This document shows, one piece after another, positions 50,290-59,427 of a DNA stretch of 64,000 bases. The stretch lies in the NCBI GenBank assembly GCA_001002285.1, contig LCLX01000001.1, forward strand, positions 128,030 to 192,029, written 5' to 3'. Both the position numbers and the translations under genes were made by a program. Origin of the DNA: Microgenomates group bacterium GW2011_GWC1_46_15 (GTDB lineage Bacteria; Patescibacteriota; Microgenomatia; UBA1400; UBA12028). The notes under the pieces were generated by a model that ran no database searches, had not been told where the DNA came from, and saw only the letters and a list, made by a program, of their open reading frames with translations. Numbering within the stretch: position 1 is the first letter of the stretch; every line of letters begins with the position of its first letter.

Positions 50290-50802
50290 ATGGCACAACC
50301 ACGCATGAAAAAATCAGTTCCAATGAAAATTAAAAAAGTTGTAAAGGCTGTTGTTGCTCCACAAGGTGAGACAGTAGCAGTAGTAGCGCAGACTGGAAAG
50401 CGCTCGGCCGATGTGCTCACGATCGCCATTGGTCGGCGTAAAACGGCAACCGCACGTGTCCGCTTGTCCCACGGTGGAAATGTGTTTACCGTGAACGCAA
50501 AACCAGCAAAAGAATATTTTGGTTCTGTGGATCCATTCGGAGTCATTTTGATGCGGCCGTTTGTTTTCACTAACACCGTTGGAACATTTTCGCTCTCGGC
50601 AAAAGTAAATGGATCAGGAGTCCGCGCCCAACTGGATGCCGTCATTCATGGAGTGTCGCGCGCGCTTGTGAAAATTGATGAGTCACACAGAAAAACGTTG
50701 AAAGAACATGGTTTGTTGACCCGCGATGACCGCATGAAAGAGTCAAGAAAAATGGGCCAGGGCGGAAAAGCGCGCAAAGAGAAGCAGTCGCCAAAGCGTT
50801 AG
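50290..50802 (+). CDS. rpsI: 30S ribosomal protein S9 with Lys/Val-rich N-terminal extension
   Basis: Start at the ATG at 50290 after GGAG. C-terminal ...SRKMGQGGKARKEKQSPKR (S9 signature). The track ORF from 50218 overlaps rplM. Confidence 0.9.
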   Translation: MAQPRMKKSVPMKIKKVVKAVVAPQGETVAVVAQTGKRSADVLTIAIGRRKTATARVRLSHGGNVFTVNAKPAKEYFGSVDPFGVILMRPFVFTNTVGTFSLSAKVNGSGVRAQLDAVIHGVSRALVKIDESHRKTLKEHGLLTRDDRMKESRKMGQGGKARKEKQSPKR

Positions 50803-50824
50803 TTTCCACATTTCACTGTGTTTT

Positions 50825-52339
50825 TCATTGTGTCGGAATACAGTACCCCATCGCCTCAGTAATGTGATGTTTTTCAATGTGGAGTTTTTGTTCCATGTCC
50901 GCGATGGTTTGTGCCACGCGCGCCAGGATAACATATCTCCTTGGGGACAAGTGATGAAGATCGGCTGCTGTGTCAAGCGTTGTTTGTGCCTCTGTGGTGA
51001 ATCTACAGTATTTTTGAACCTCTCCACTTTGCATTTCCCCATTTGCGCTGATGTGCGCTCCCGTAAACCGTTGCTTTTGAAGGAGTTGTGCGGCGAGTAC
51101 CTGATTTTTAAGTTTCTCAAACTCAAGTTTTTGTGTACGTTCATCACCTTTTTCAAGATGAAACGATTCTTCATGAATGAAAAGGTGAAGGTCAATCCGC
51201 TCCATGACTGCATGTTTTAATTTATTGGCATATCTACGGATGTCCGCGGCTGAGCACGCGCATCGTTTGGTTGTGCTGTACCGGTATCCGCATGGGCATG
51301 GATTTGCCGTTGCAAACAAAAGAAACCGCGAGTGGTGCGGGATACTTCTAACCCCCGACCGCAGTGGTAAAATCCCGTACTCTATACACGGTTTGAGCGT
51401 GTGAAGAAGAGCGGATGGAAACTCAGCAAACTCATCGGCATACACAATACCATGGTGCGCCAGAAGGAGCTGTCCTGGCTGTTTTTTTGCCATACTTCCA
51501 AATACAACTGAGGGAGGAGAGGTGGGGTATATAGTGAGGAAAGGGGGTATGCCGTGTTGGAGTTGGGCGGCATCTTGACCTCCGGCCGAGTACACCGCGG
51601 AAACTTCTTCAATATTCTCCTGTGAAAGTGGTGGCATGAGGGCGTGAAGATATGTGCTGAGGAGTGTTTTTCCTCTCCCGGGGCTTCCAAGAAGGAAACA
51701 ATGGTGTCCTCCCGCCGCCGCGATCGCGGTTGCCCGCTTTGCTACGCCGTTTCCGGAAATAAAAGGAGGATCGAGTTGAGCTACTTTTTGAGTAGATTTT
51801 TGAGATGGCGCAAACGGCACAAGTTTTTTCTCATTTCGTAGATGCGCAATGATTTCTAAAAGGTGGGAACATAAAAAAATCGAACCTGTTTGTTGAGGAA
51901 GAATGTCCCCCTCATTATCTTTTGGCACGTACAGATTTGTATATCCAACCTTTTTTGCAAGATAAATAAGCGCGGTGGCTCCTCCAACCCCGCGGATCTC
52001 TCCATTTAACCCAAGCCCGCCAAACACGAGTGTGTTTTGCAGAAGAGGGGGAATGAGTCCATTTGCCACAAGAATACCGAGCGCGATAGGAAGATCGTAC
52101 GAAGGTCCAGACTTTGGAATGGTTGAAGGTGAAAGGTTGATGAGCGTTTTCTTTGCGCGAATGGATATTCCAACATTGCGCAGCGCGGAACGAATCCGCT
52201 CCTTACTTTCCTGAATTTCCTTGTTCGCTAACCCAACAATATGGGTGTATGGAAGGCCCATCGAGGACACATCCACCTCAACGCGTACAAGATATGGGGA
52301 AAATCCATCAAGACCGGCTGAACGTATGGTACACAACAT
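50825..52339 (-). CDS. comM: YifB/ComM-family Mg-chelatase-like AAA+ ATPase
   Basis: Start taken at MLCTIRSAGLDG... (52339). The track's upstream ATG is at 52399. Lon-like N-domain, Walker A GSPGRGKT, Walker B VYADEF, C-terminal ChlI-like domain. Confidence 0.8.
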   Translation of the reverse strand: MLCTIRSAGLDGFSPYLVRVEVDVSSMGLPYTHIVGLANKEIQESKERIRSALRNVGISIRAKKTLINLSPSTIPKSGPSYDLPIALGILVANGLIPPLLQNTLVFGGLGLNGEIRGVGGATALIYLAKKVGYTNLYVPKDNEGDILPQQTGSIFLCSHLLEIIAHLRNEKKLVPFAPSQKSTQKVAQLDPPFISGNGVAKRATAIAAAGGHHCFLLGSPGRGKTLLSTYLHALMPPLSQENIEEVSAVYSAGGQDAAQLQHGIPPFLTIYPTSPPSVVFGSMAKKQPGQLLLAHHGIVYADEFAEFPSALLHTLKPCIEYGILPLRSGVRSIPHHSRFLLFATANPCPCGYRYSTTKRCACSAADIRRYANKLKHAVMERIDLHLFIHEESFHLEKGDERTQKLEFEKLKNQVLAAQLLQKQRFTGAHISANGEMQSGEVQKYCRFTTEAQTTLDTAADLHHLSPRRYVILARVAQTIADMEQKLHIEKHHITEAMGYCIPTQ

Positions 52340-52429
52340 ACCATCCGTTATACACGGCACACCGAACAAACAGCGTACGAAATGTGTTTTGCCCGCCAAT
52401 TACTCGAGAAAGATGGCCAGAGTTGAGCG

Positions 52430-53128
52430 CTAGTCCTTCAACTCTTTTTTGGTGGTGTCGTACCACTCTATCATCATTTTCTCGATAACGGTCTTGCCTC
52501 CAAGGCCAAACGCAAGTCCAAAGCCAAGCGCAAGCATCGCGATAAAGCCCATAAAGAGCGTCGAGATAAACTGCGCGGCAATGTTGAGTTCTGCAATGGC
52601 CGCCATCACGCTAATAATGACGATCAAGTAGCTGCCAACTTTGCCAAACAGCCTGGCGCTTTTTCCACTAATGCTGTGGAGCGCACCCTTCACAAGACCT
52701 TCAACAAGTCCTGCAAGCAATACACCGAAGAACAGGATCAAGACCGCGGATACAACCTTTGGGATATACGAAAGGATGCTGTTGAGTACGATCGAGATCG
52801 CCTCAAGACCGAGAATTGATACCGTTGCATAGAGTACAACGAGCATTGCAACCCAATACACCGCGGTTCCAACAACCTCTTCAATTCTTCCAATCTCAGC
52901 GTGTTTCAAAAATGACTCAACAGGTGTTTCCTTCAACCCTTTGGAAAGGCGGAGCATCTCAAGAAGTTTTACCGTGATTGTCTTGAGCCAGCGTGAAATT
53001 GCTGCGCCAAGAATAAGGAGGAGGAGCGCTCCCAAGAATTTTGGAAGAAATCCTCCAAGCTGTGTCACGACGTTGCTCGTCGCGATCGTCATAGTCTCCT
53101 GGAACGACACGGGAATAATGTTATACAT
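52430..53128 (-). CDS. Membrane protein with repeated conserved TM-helix motifs (mechanosensitive-channel-associated type)
   Basis: 232 aa. Several TM helices with repeated ...LIL/GxxLAxLVE... patterns (LGALLLLILGAAISRWL; VLILFFGVLLAGLVEGL; ISVMAAIAELNIAAQFI). Confidence 0.45.
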   Translation of the reverse strand: MYNIIPVSFQETMTIATSNVVTQLGGFLPKFLGALLLLILGAAISRWLKTITVKLLEMLRLSKGLKETPVESFLKHAEIGRIEEVVGTAVYWVAMLVVLYATVSILGLEAISIVLNSILSYIPKVVSAVLILFFGVLLAGLVEGLVKGALHSISGKSARLFGKVGSYLIVIISVMAAIAELNIAAQFISTLFMGFIAMLALGFGLAFGLGGKTVIEKMMIEWYDTTKKELKD

Positions 53129-53267
53129 GCATACTCCTTTCCTTTCGGGATCCGGAGATTGTCTCCAGAGAAAAACCCGACCTTTTATTCACTATACACC
53201 CCGGCTTGCTGTACCGCAACAAATGTGTCAAATACTCGATTACGCCGGGCGCATGCTAAAATACACC

Positions 53268-53578
53268 TGTCCAAAGACCGAACAATCGCCCCCGGTGTGC
53301 GCAAGCCGCCAGGGGAGGAAAGTCCGGACAGCAGAGCGTAGGGTGTTCACTGAAAAGTGAAGCGCGCCGCTTAAAACGGCGTGACAGTCTAGAGCAACAG
53401 TGACGAACCGAGGTCATGCTCGGGTGAAACGGGCAATCCTCCCCGCTGCAACTGCCGAACTTCACCATATTGGAAACGCTCCCTCACGGTGATAATGCTG
53501 CAGGCTTAGAGAAATGATTGTTGTCCCCCGAGCGTAAGCGAGGGCGGATACAGAATCCGGCTTATAGGTCTTTGGACA
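53268..53578 (+). ncRNA. rnpB: RNase P RNA (bacterial type A, reduced ~311 nt)
   Basis: P4 5' strand GAGGAAAGTCCGGAC (compare AGGAAAGUCCGGGC) and 3' strand ACAGAATCCGGCTTATAGG (compare ACAGAACCCGGCUUAUCGG). P1 pairing tgtccaaagacc (53268-79) with ggtctttggaca (53567-78). P10-12-like GGGTGAAACGGG. Confidence 0.85.
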
Positions 53579-54619
53579 TTATATTTCTTCGAGTGAATGG
53601 AGTGGATTTTTCCCCTGGAAGAATTCGCGCACAACTGCGCGGATAAAGATAAAGGTTGGGATGGCGAGCGCTGCGCCAGGGACACCACCAAGCCGCAAGC
53701 CCGCAATCAGTGCGATCAACGCAACGAGTGGGCTAATATCCACGGCTTTCGACATGATTTTTGGAACGATAATATTATTTTCCAGTTGCTGAACTAATAC
53801 ATAAAGCAGAATAACTGCAACCCCCATTGCCGGCGACATCGTGAAAAAAGCAACAACAACAGAAGGAACCGCGGAAATCGTTGGGCCAATATTTGGTATC
53901 GCTTCAAGCAGTCCTGCAAAAATGGCGAGTGGAAGTGCGTACTGTACGCCGAGAATCCGCAAGCCAATGTACGTCATGGTTCCAATCACGAGCATGAGAA
54001 AAAGTTCGCCGCGCACCCATCCACCAAGTTCTAGTTCGAGTCGGTCAATGAAATGTTTCGCCCGTTTTTCTGGCTCAATTTTCCCAAACAACCAAATGAG
54101 ATACATATGGAGTTTGTCGCGCTCGATGAGCAAATAATAGGTAAGGACGAGAAACGTAAACACAACAAGCACTCCGGAAAATGTGCTAAACACCGCCCCA
54201 ATGACAGATGGAATAGATGTTCCAACGCGCGATGTAATGTTGTTATAATCCTCGATTGTTTTTTGCAGTTGAGAAAACTCGAGCGTTTCAGGTAACTGTG
54301 GAAGATGCAGTTTTGTGACGAGCGTTACGGATTCACGGACGAGTGGCGGAACGAGATAGGAGAACATCCCAATGAGGGCGCCGATCACTAAAACATACAC
54401 ACTAAGAATTGCGAGCGGCCGTGGGAACCGGAAATGCTGCAACTTTTTTACCAGTGGATTAAGCGCGGAAGAGAAAATCAACGCAAGAAAAAGAAGAACA
54501 AGTAAGTCCCGTAGTTGATGAATGAGAAAACCACCGATAATGACGACAAAAACAAAGAGAACTGATTTTTGTGAAATCTCAATGCGTTGCATATGTTTCA
54601 TCATACCAGTCCGAGACAA
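53579..54619 (-). CDS. AI-2E family transporter (UPF0118 / PerM-like permease)
   Basis: 346 aa, ~8 TM; ...GGWVRGELFLMLVIG..., LEAIPNIGP. Its 5' end overlaps miaA by 41 nt, so the start may be a downstream Met. Confidence 0.75.
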   Translation of the reverse strand: MSRTGMMKHMQRIEISQKSVLFVFVVIIGGFLIHQLRDLLVLLFLALIFSSALNPLVKKLQHFRFPRPLAILSVYVLVIGALIGMFSYLVPPLVRESVTLVTKLHLPQLPETLEFSQLQKTIEDYNNITSRVGTSIPSVIGAVFSTFSGVLVVFTFLVLTYYLLIERDKLHMYLIWLFGKIEPEKRAKHFIDRLELELGGWVRGELFLMLVIGTMTYIGLRILGVQYALPLAIFAGLLEAIPNIGPTISAVPSVVVAFFTMSPAMGVAVILLYVLVQQLENNIIVPKIMSKAVDISPLVALIALIAGLRLGGVPGAALAIPTFIFIRAVVREFFQGKNPLHSLEEI

Positions 54620-55577
54620 GTTTTTCTACATCGCTACGTATGCGTTCTCCTTCTCCGGGGTTTATGGAAAACCAATGGATATCCGGCCGTTTTTTGAACC
54701 AAACCATTTGCCGTTTAGCATATTGGAGTTCGTGAAGTGCCCATGTTTCAATAAGTTCTTTCTTAGTGATTTTTCCTTCAAGAAAATCGCGTGTTTCACG
54801 GTACCCGAGCGAAGAAAATGCCGGGAGACTCCAGTCTTTGTATGTATGCATAAGTTTACCGACTTCATCACTCATGCCTTGAGTAAGACGGCTGGCAACG
54901 CGCGCGCGGATATCTTTTTCAAGCAGATCCCACGATTTTTTGAGTCCAATCCAATATATTGAAATGTGTTCTTCCGGGGTGTCTTTAAGAGTGTCGTTTT
55001 GAAGATACTCCGCAACCTCGATTGCCCGGATCAATCTTCTTGGATTATTTTGATCGGAATGATTCATACTGTCGTATTTTTTTACATCGTATTCTTGTAA
55101 AAGAGTCTGAAGTTCTGAAGCGGTTTTATGTTCAAGTTTTTTCCGCAGGTTTTGATTTTGTGGAATAGACGCGGTTTCATATGACGAGGTCATGCTTTGC
55201 ACATAGAGTCCGGTTCCACCAACAATAATGGGAAGCGTGTTTGTTTTCCACAAATGTTTCATGATCGCCTGCGAAGCTTGTATAAAGTGAGCAAGGCTCC
55301 ACTCTTGGTCCGGGTTAACCTGGTCAATAAGCCAAATCCGTGTTCCTTGTGTGCGGTACGAAGTAAGTGGCTCTGGAAAGCCGTCAATATTTTGCAGTTC
55401 CAACACTGCGTCTTTTGGCAGATCTTTCCCCGTTCCAATATCCATACCTTTATATACCTGTCGTGAATCAGCGGAAATAATTTCCCCATGAAATTTTTGT
55501 GCTAGATGAAGTGCTAATGCCGTTTTCCCAGTGGCGGTTGGGCCGACAATTGCGATAGCTGCGTGTGGATGTACCAT
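54579..55577 (-). CDS. miaA: tRNA dimethylallyltransferase
   Basis: P-loop IVGPTATGKTALAL, ISADSRQVYKGMDIGTGK, and the rest of the IPP-transferase family signature. Confidence 0.88.
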   Translation of the reverse strand: MVHPHAAIAIVGPTATGKTALALHLAQKFHGEIISADSRQVYKGMDIGTGKDLPKDAVLELQNIDGFPEPLTSYRTQGTRIWLIDQVNPDQEWSLAHFIQASQAIMKHLWKTNTLPIIVGGTGLYVQSMTSSYETASIPQNQNLRKKLEHKTASELQTLLQEYDVKKYDSMNHSDQNNPRRLIRAIEVAEYLQNDTLKDTPEEHISIYWIGLKKSWDLLEKDIRARVASRLTQGMSDEVGKLMHTYKDWSLPAFSSLGYRETRDFLEGKITKKELIETWALHELQYAKRQMVWFKKRPDIHWFSINPGEGERIRSDVEKLVSDWYDETYATH

Positions 55578-55578
55578 A

Positions 55579-56736
55579 TTATTTCGCCAACTTTGGCCGG
55601 ACAGCCAAGTTGTCTTTATTAATAAGTTTGTCCAAAAATTCCCACCGTTTCTTTTTCACTATATGTGGAACATCGTCGGGGTAAATGCGCCATGCCGCGG
55701 TTCCTGGGCGCGGTGAGTACATCGCAACGTACGCAATTTTCCAGTCTGCTTTTTTTGCGAGATCAACGGTATCTGCAAACTCTTCGTCTGTTTCGCCGGG
55801 AAAACCAACAATAATATCGGTGCCAATCGTAACGTTTGGAACAGCATCGCGTAATTTCTTTACAAGCCCAAGATAATTTTCTTTCGTGTATCCACGGTTC
55901 ATACGGTAGAGGACGGTATCGCTTCCGGACTGCACGGGCAAATGAATGTATGGGTCGAGTTTGGGATTTGTTGCGAGTTCGGTAATGAGTTCATCATAAA
56001 AATCCCATGGATTGCTTGTCATAAAACTAATTTTTGTAATACCATTGATTGTACTTACTTCCCGCAAAAGCGTGACAAACGGCGGGACATTATGGATAGA
56101 TAAATATTGTGATTGGTTAGACGGAAGATCGTCGCGGGTAAATGGCGCGTCTTTGCGGAGCAGCAGCTTGCGGAATCCGATGCCAACTTTTTCCAGTCCC
56201 CAAGAATTGACGTTTTGACCAAGCAAGGTAATCTCGGTATACCCCTGGTCGGCGAGCGAACGTACCTCACCTAAAATGTCTTCAAGCGGACGCGATTGTT
56301 CCCGCCCGCGCGCATACGGCACAATGCAAAACGTGCAAAACGAGTTGCATCCGGCTGAAACTGGAACCCACGCATGTTTTTTATCTTTCCGTACGGCAGC
56401 GAGATTAAATCCAACTTCGTTAATCGGAAGAATTTCATCAATCATCGGCATCATTTCGTAGAGATGTTTTTCTCCGTGATGTGTCATGCATCCAGTCAAA
56501 ATGAGTTTTGGTTTTTTCTTTTTGTTGGCGATGAAGTACTCAACGAGTGTGTGCGCAAAATGGCGCGCACGGTGTTCTGCACGTTCGCGGACGGCACAGG
56601 TATTAATCACAACTTCATCGGCGGTTTTCCACGATCTCGCGCGTGTGTACCCGCGGGCAGCGTAATCACCCGCAATGCGTTCTGAATCGGATTTATTCGC
56701 CTGGCATCCAAAAGTGTGAATATAGTAACTTGGCAT
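55579..56736 (-). CDS. miaB: Radical-SAM methylthiotransferase, MiaB-like (short, weak TRAM region)
   Basis: MTTase N-domain IHTFGCQANKSDSE, radical SAM CNSFCTFCIVPYARG. Adjacent to miaA. 385 aa. Confidence 0.75.
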   Translation of the reverse strand: MPSYYIHTFGCQANKSDSERIAGDYAARGYTRARSWKTADEVVINTCAVRERAEHRARHFAHTLVEYFIANKKKKPKLILTGCMTHHGEKHLYEMMPMIDEILPINEVGFNLAAVRKDKKHAWVPVSAGCNSFCTFCIVPYARGREQSRPLEDILGEVRSLADQGYTEITLLGQNVNSWGLEKVGIGFRKLLLRKDAPFTRDDLPSNQSQYLSIHNVPPFVTLLREVSTINGITKISFMTSNPWDFYDELITELATNPKLDPYIHLPVQSGSDTVLYRMNRGYTKENYLGLVKKLRDAVPNVTIGTDIIVGFPGETDEEFADTVDLAKKADWKIAYVAMYSPRPGTAAWRIYPDDVPHIVKKKRWEFLDKLINKDNLAVRPKLAK

Positions 56737-56824
56737 GGGGGCATTGTACCAAAAATTTCAAATTTTCTTTTTTCGTCTCCAGGGGACCCCACACCCTGAG
56801 TTCCTCAAAAAGAAAATATTTCAT

Positions 56825-57619
56825 TTAGCTCGACGCGGACGTGTACATTTTTAGTGCATGTTTCCAGCTGAGGAATGAAAGCAAAAAGACTGTAACGGCC
56901 ACCAGCGATGCGGTCAGGAGTAAAGACGGAGGCGCTTTCCCGAGTAGAACGCGCGCGGGAATACTCACCATCAACCCGACCGGCACAACGAATGTAATCA
57001 AGAAACGCAACGGTTCGCGGTAAATCTCCATCGGCATTCTACCCATCTGCGAAAGATCGCGGTAGAGCATGATGGTGTTGTCCACTTCGGTTGTGACGAT
57101 GCCAATGCATGCGACAAAAATATGGAAAGCAATCGAAATCAATAATCCATTCACAAGAAACGCGAAATAAAGCACTATTTTAACGGCATCAAGTAGTGGA
57201 ACAGCCTGCCCGATATACCATCCAGAAAAAAAGAGGAATGGTATAAAAATAAGAACGTCATTAAAATCCGGCGAACCCGCAAGTACACGGAACAATACAT
57301 TGACCGGTTTGGCAAGATAAAAATCAAGCTCGCCGCTGCGCACTTTTCCCGTAAGCGAGTACACGCCGCGCATAAACATTTGCGAAACCAAATCAATGAA
57401 GTTGAACGTGAGGAAAAAAATGATAACTTCATCAATACTGTAGCCTGCCATTGTTTTTGTGTTGTGTTTCAACAAAATCAAAATGAGTAAAAACGAAAGA
57501 AACCGGACGGTTTTTCCAATGAAAAAAAGAACGGCAGAACTTTTTGAAGAAAACTGGAACAGGAGTTCTTGTTTTGCAAAGAGAAACCAAATCTTAATAT
57601 AGCGGATTAGTGTTTTCAT
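56825..57619 (-). CDS. ABC-2 family transporter permease (paralogue 4)
   Basis: 264 aa, 6 TM; EYR/DF-type N-terminus (QELLFQFSSKSS...) and LxxKPV motif (LDFYLAKPVN), as in ABC2_membrane_6-like permeases. Confidence 0.6.
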   Translation of the reverse strand: MKTLIRYIKIWFLFAKQELLFQFSSKSSAVLFFIGKTVRFLSFLLILILLKHNTKTMAGYSIDEVIIFFLTFNFIDLVSQMFMRGVYSLTGKVRSGELDFYLAKPVNVLFRVLAGSPDFNDVLIFIPFLFFSGWYIGQAVPLLDAVKIVLYFAFLVNGLLISIAFHIFVACIGIVTTEVDNTIMLYRDLSQMGRMPMEIYREPLRFLITFVVPVGLMVSIPARVLLGKAPPSLLLTASLVAVTVFLLSFLSWKHALKMYTSASS

Positions 57620-58437
57620 CTCCCCTCCGCCTCATAGGAATGGACGCCTTTTTTCCACATGGTAAAAACTCCAAGTCCACACAATCCAACCCACATGCCG
57701 GTAAAAAGTATACCGCGAACAACTTCAACTGAACTGAGTTGTTCCAACAGTACTTTCGTGGGGAAGAATATGACATATGGGAATGGAGTATATGAAAGCG
57801 CTTGGACAATTGAGTTTGGGAAAATATCGAGTGGAAAAAAACTTCCCGCAGTAAAGAACATGATGGTATAAAATAAAAAGCGTGGAGCCCATACGTCTGG
57901 TGTCCAAAATCCAAGAAGACCAAACATTGTATTGATGAGAAAGAACATAACCATTGCTCCGCCAACTGTAAACAGGGTGAGGAAAATGGTTGAAATATGG
58001 GTTGGTATGTAGAGTGTTGGATGAAAAATGAAAAATAACACAGCCAACTCAATGGCAGAAAATATAACGTTTTGCAGTTTATCCGCAACGTCACGACTGA
58101 ACCAAAACAAAAAAAAGTTGAGCGGCTTTACTAAATAAAGCGAAAGGTCTCCGGAATGTATAACACCGGCAACGTCAATAGTACGTGAGGACGTTACAAC
58201 ATAGCCGATGATACTTGCAGCAAAAATATACGTAAACATCTGCGCACTGGTATATCCGAATGCCGTGATGGTTGAAGCAAATATTGCCTCCCACAATGAA
58301 AATGCAACAACAACTTGAATGATTTGACGCACCCTAAACATCACAAAGCTTGTTAGATATGTAAATCCATTAATCCAGGAAACTTTTGCAACGATCCAAT
58401 ACTTTTTGAGTGAGTTCAAAAGTAATTTATTTTCCAT
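57616..58437 (-). CDS. ABC-2 family transporter permease (paralogue 3)
   Basis: Start chosen at MENKLLLNSLKKYW... (overlaps the ATPase stop by 11 nt). The track's longer ORF would overlap by 150 nt. 6 TM; DLSLYLVKPLNFFLFWF. Confidence 0.6.
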   Translation of the reverse strand: MENKLLLNSLKKYWIVAKVSWINGFTYLTSFVMFRVRQIIQVVVAFSLWEAIFASTITAFGYTSAQMFTYIFAASIIGYVVTSSRTIDVAGVIHSGDLSLYLVKPLNFFLFWFSRDVADKLQNVIFSAIELAVLFFIFHPTLYIPTHISTIFLTLFTVGGAMVMFFLINTMFGLLGFWTPDVWAPRFLFYTIMFFTAGSFFPLDIFPNSIVQALSYTPFPYVIFFPTKVLLEQLSSVEVVRGILFTGMWVGLCGLGVFTMWKKGVHSYEAEGR

Positions 58438-59407
58438 TTTGGAACACATCCCGGATGATGGCCTCAATTGGCGGTTCCTCAATATTGAGATCGGCAATGG
58501 AGAAATCTTCCAAAAGTTTTGCCGCAAGCCGAGACGCTTCTTTCCGTGGAACCAAAATCGTTGCGGACGGGAACTCAAATGATTTTACTTTCCCAATCGT
58601 TTCAAGTTTCTTTTGATCAGTTTCTTTTGAGAACACCACGGAAAGGATTTTATTTTTTGCGTACTTATCAATAATATCTTGAAGTTTTCCATCAAATAGT
58701 TTTTTCCCGTGATCAATAATAATGACGCGTTTGCATAGTTCTTTTACGTCGTCCATGTAGTGGCTTGTGAGCAAAATTGTCGCGCCAAACGTGGTGTTAT
58801 ACTCGCGGACAAAGTCGCGCATAACTTTTTGCATCACCACGTCCAAACCAATTGTTGGTTCGTCAAGAAATAACACTTTTGGATTGTGGAGAAGCGCTGC
58901 GATGAGCTCGCACTTCATCCGCTGGCCAAGTGAGAGTTTGCGGACCTGAATATTAATCACATCTTTTACATCCAAAAGAGTGACAAGTTTATTGAGCGTA
59001 TGTTTGTACTGCGTGTCCGGAATTTCATAGATCGCTTTGTTGAGCAAAAACGTTTCCATCGCAGGCAAGTCCCACCACAGCTGGTTTTTTTGCCCCATCA
59101 CGAGTGAAAACTGTTTTTGGAACTCAGGCTTCCTATCCCATGGAGTAAATCCAAGGACGGAAATCTCACCGGCGGTGGGGTACAGCAGACCAGACAATAC
59201 CTTGAGCGTTGTCGTTTTTCCCGCGCCGTTTGGACCGATAAACCCAACCAACTCACCCGGTTCGATCTCAAAACTAATATCATTCACCGCCTGCACGGAT
59301 TCGTATTTGCGCGCAAACAATGCTTTGAGCGATCCCATAAGCCCTGGTTGTTTCTTATACACCTTGTAGTACTTTTTGAGATGCTGGACGGAGATGATTG
59401 ATTCCAT
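58427..59407 (-). CDS. ABC transporter ATP-binding protein
   Basis: Walker A GPNGAGKTT, Q-loop, signature LSLGQRMK, Walker B LFLDEPT, H-loop TSHYMDD; C-terminal ~90-aa accessory domain. Confidence 0.9.
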   Translation of the reverse strand: MESIISVQHLKKYYKVYKKQPGLMGSLKALFARKYESVQAVNDISFEIEPGELVGFIGPNGAGKTTTLKVLSGLLYPTAGEISVLGFTPWDRKPEFQKQFSLVMGQKNQLWWDLPAMETFLLNKAIYEIPDTQYKHTLNKLVTLLDVKDVINIQVRKLSLGQRMKCELIAALLHNPKVLFLDEPTIGLDVVMQKVMRDFVREYNTTFGATILLTSHYMDDVKELCKRVIIIDHGKKLFDGKLQDIIDKYAKNKILSVVFSKETDQKKLETIGKVKSFEFPSATILVPRKEASRLAAKLLEDFSIADLNIEEPPIEAIIRDVFQNGK

Positions 59408-59427
59408 GATTCCTCTATTCTATACCA

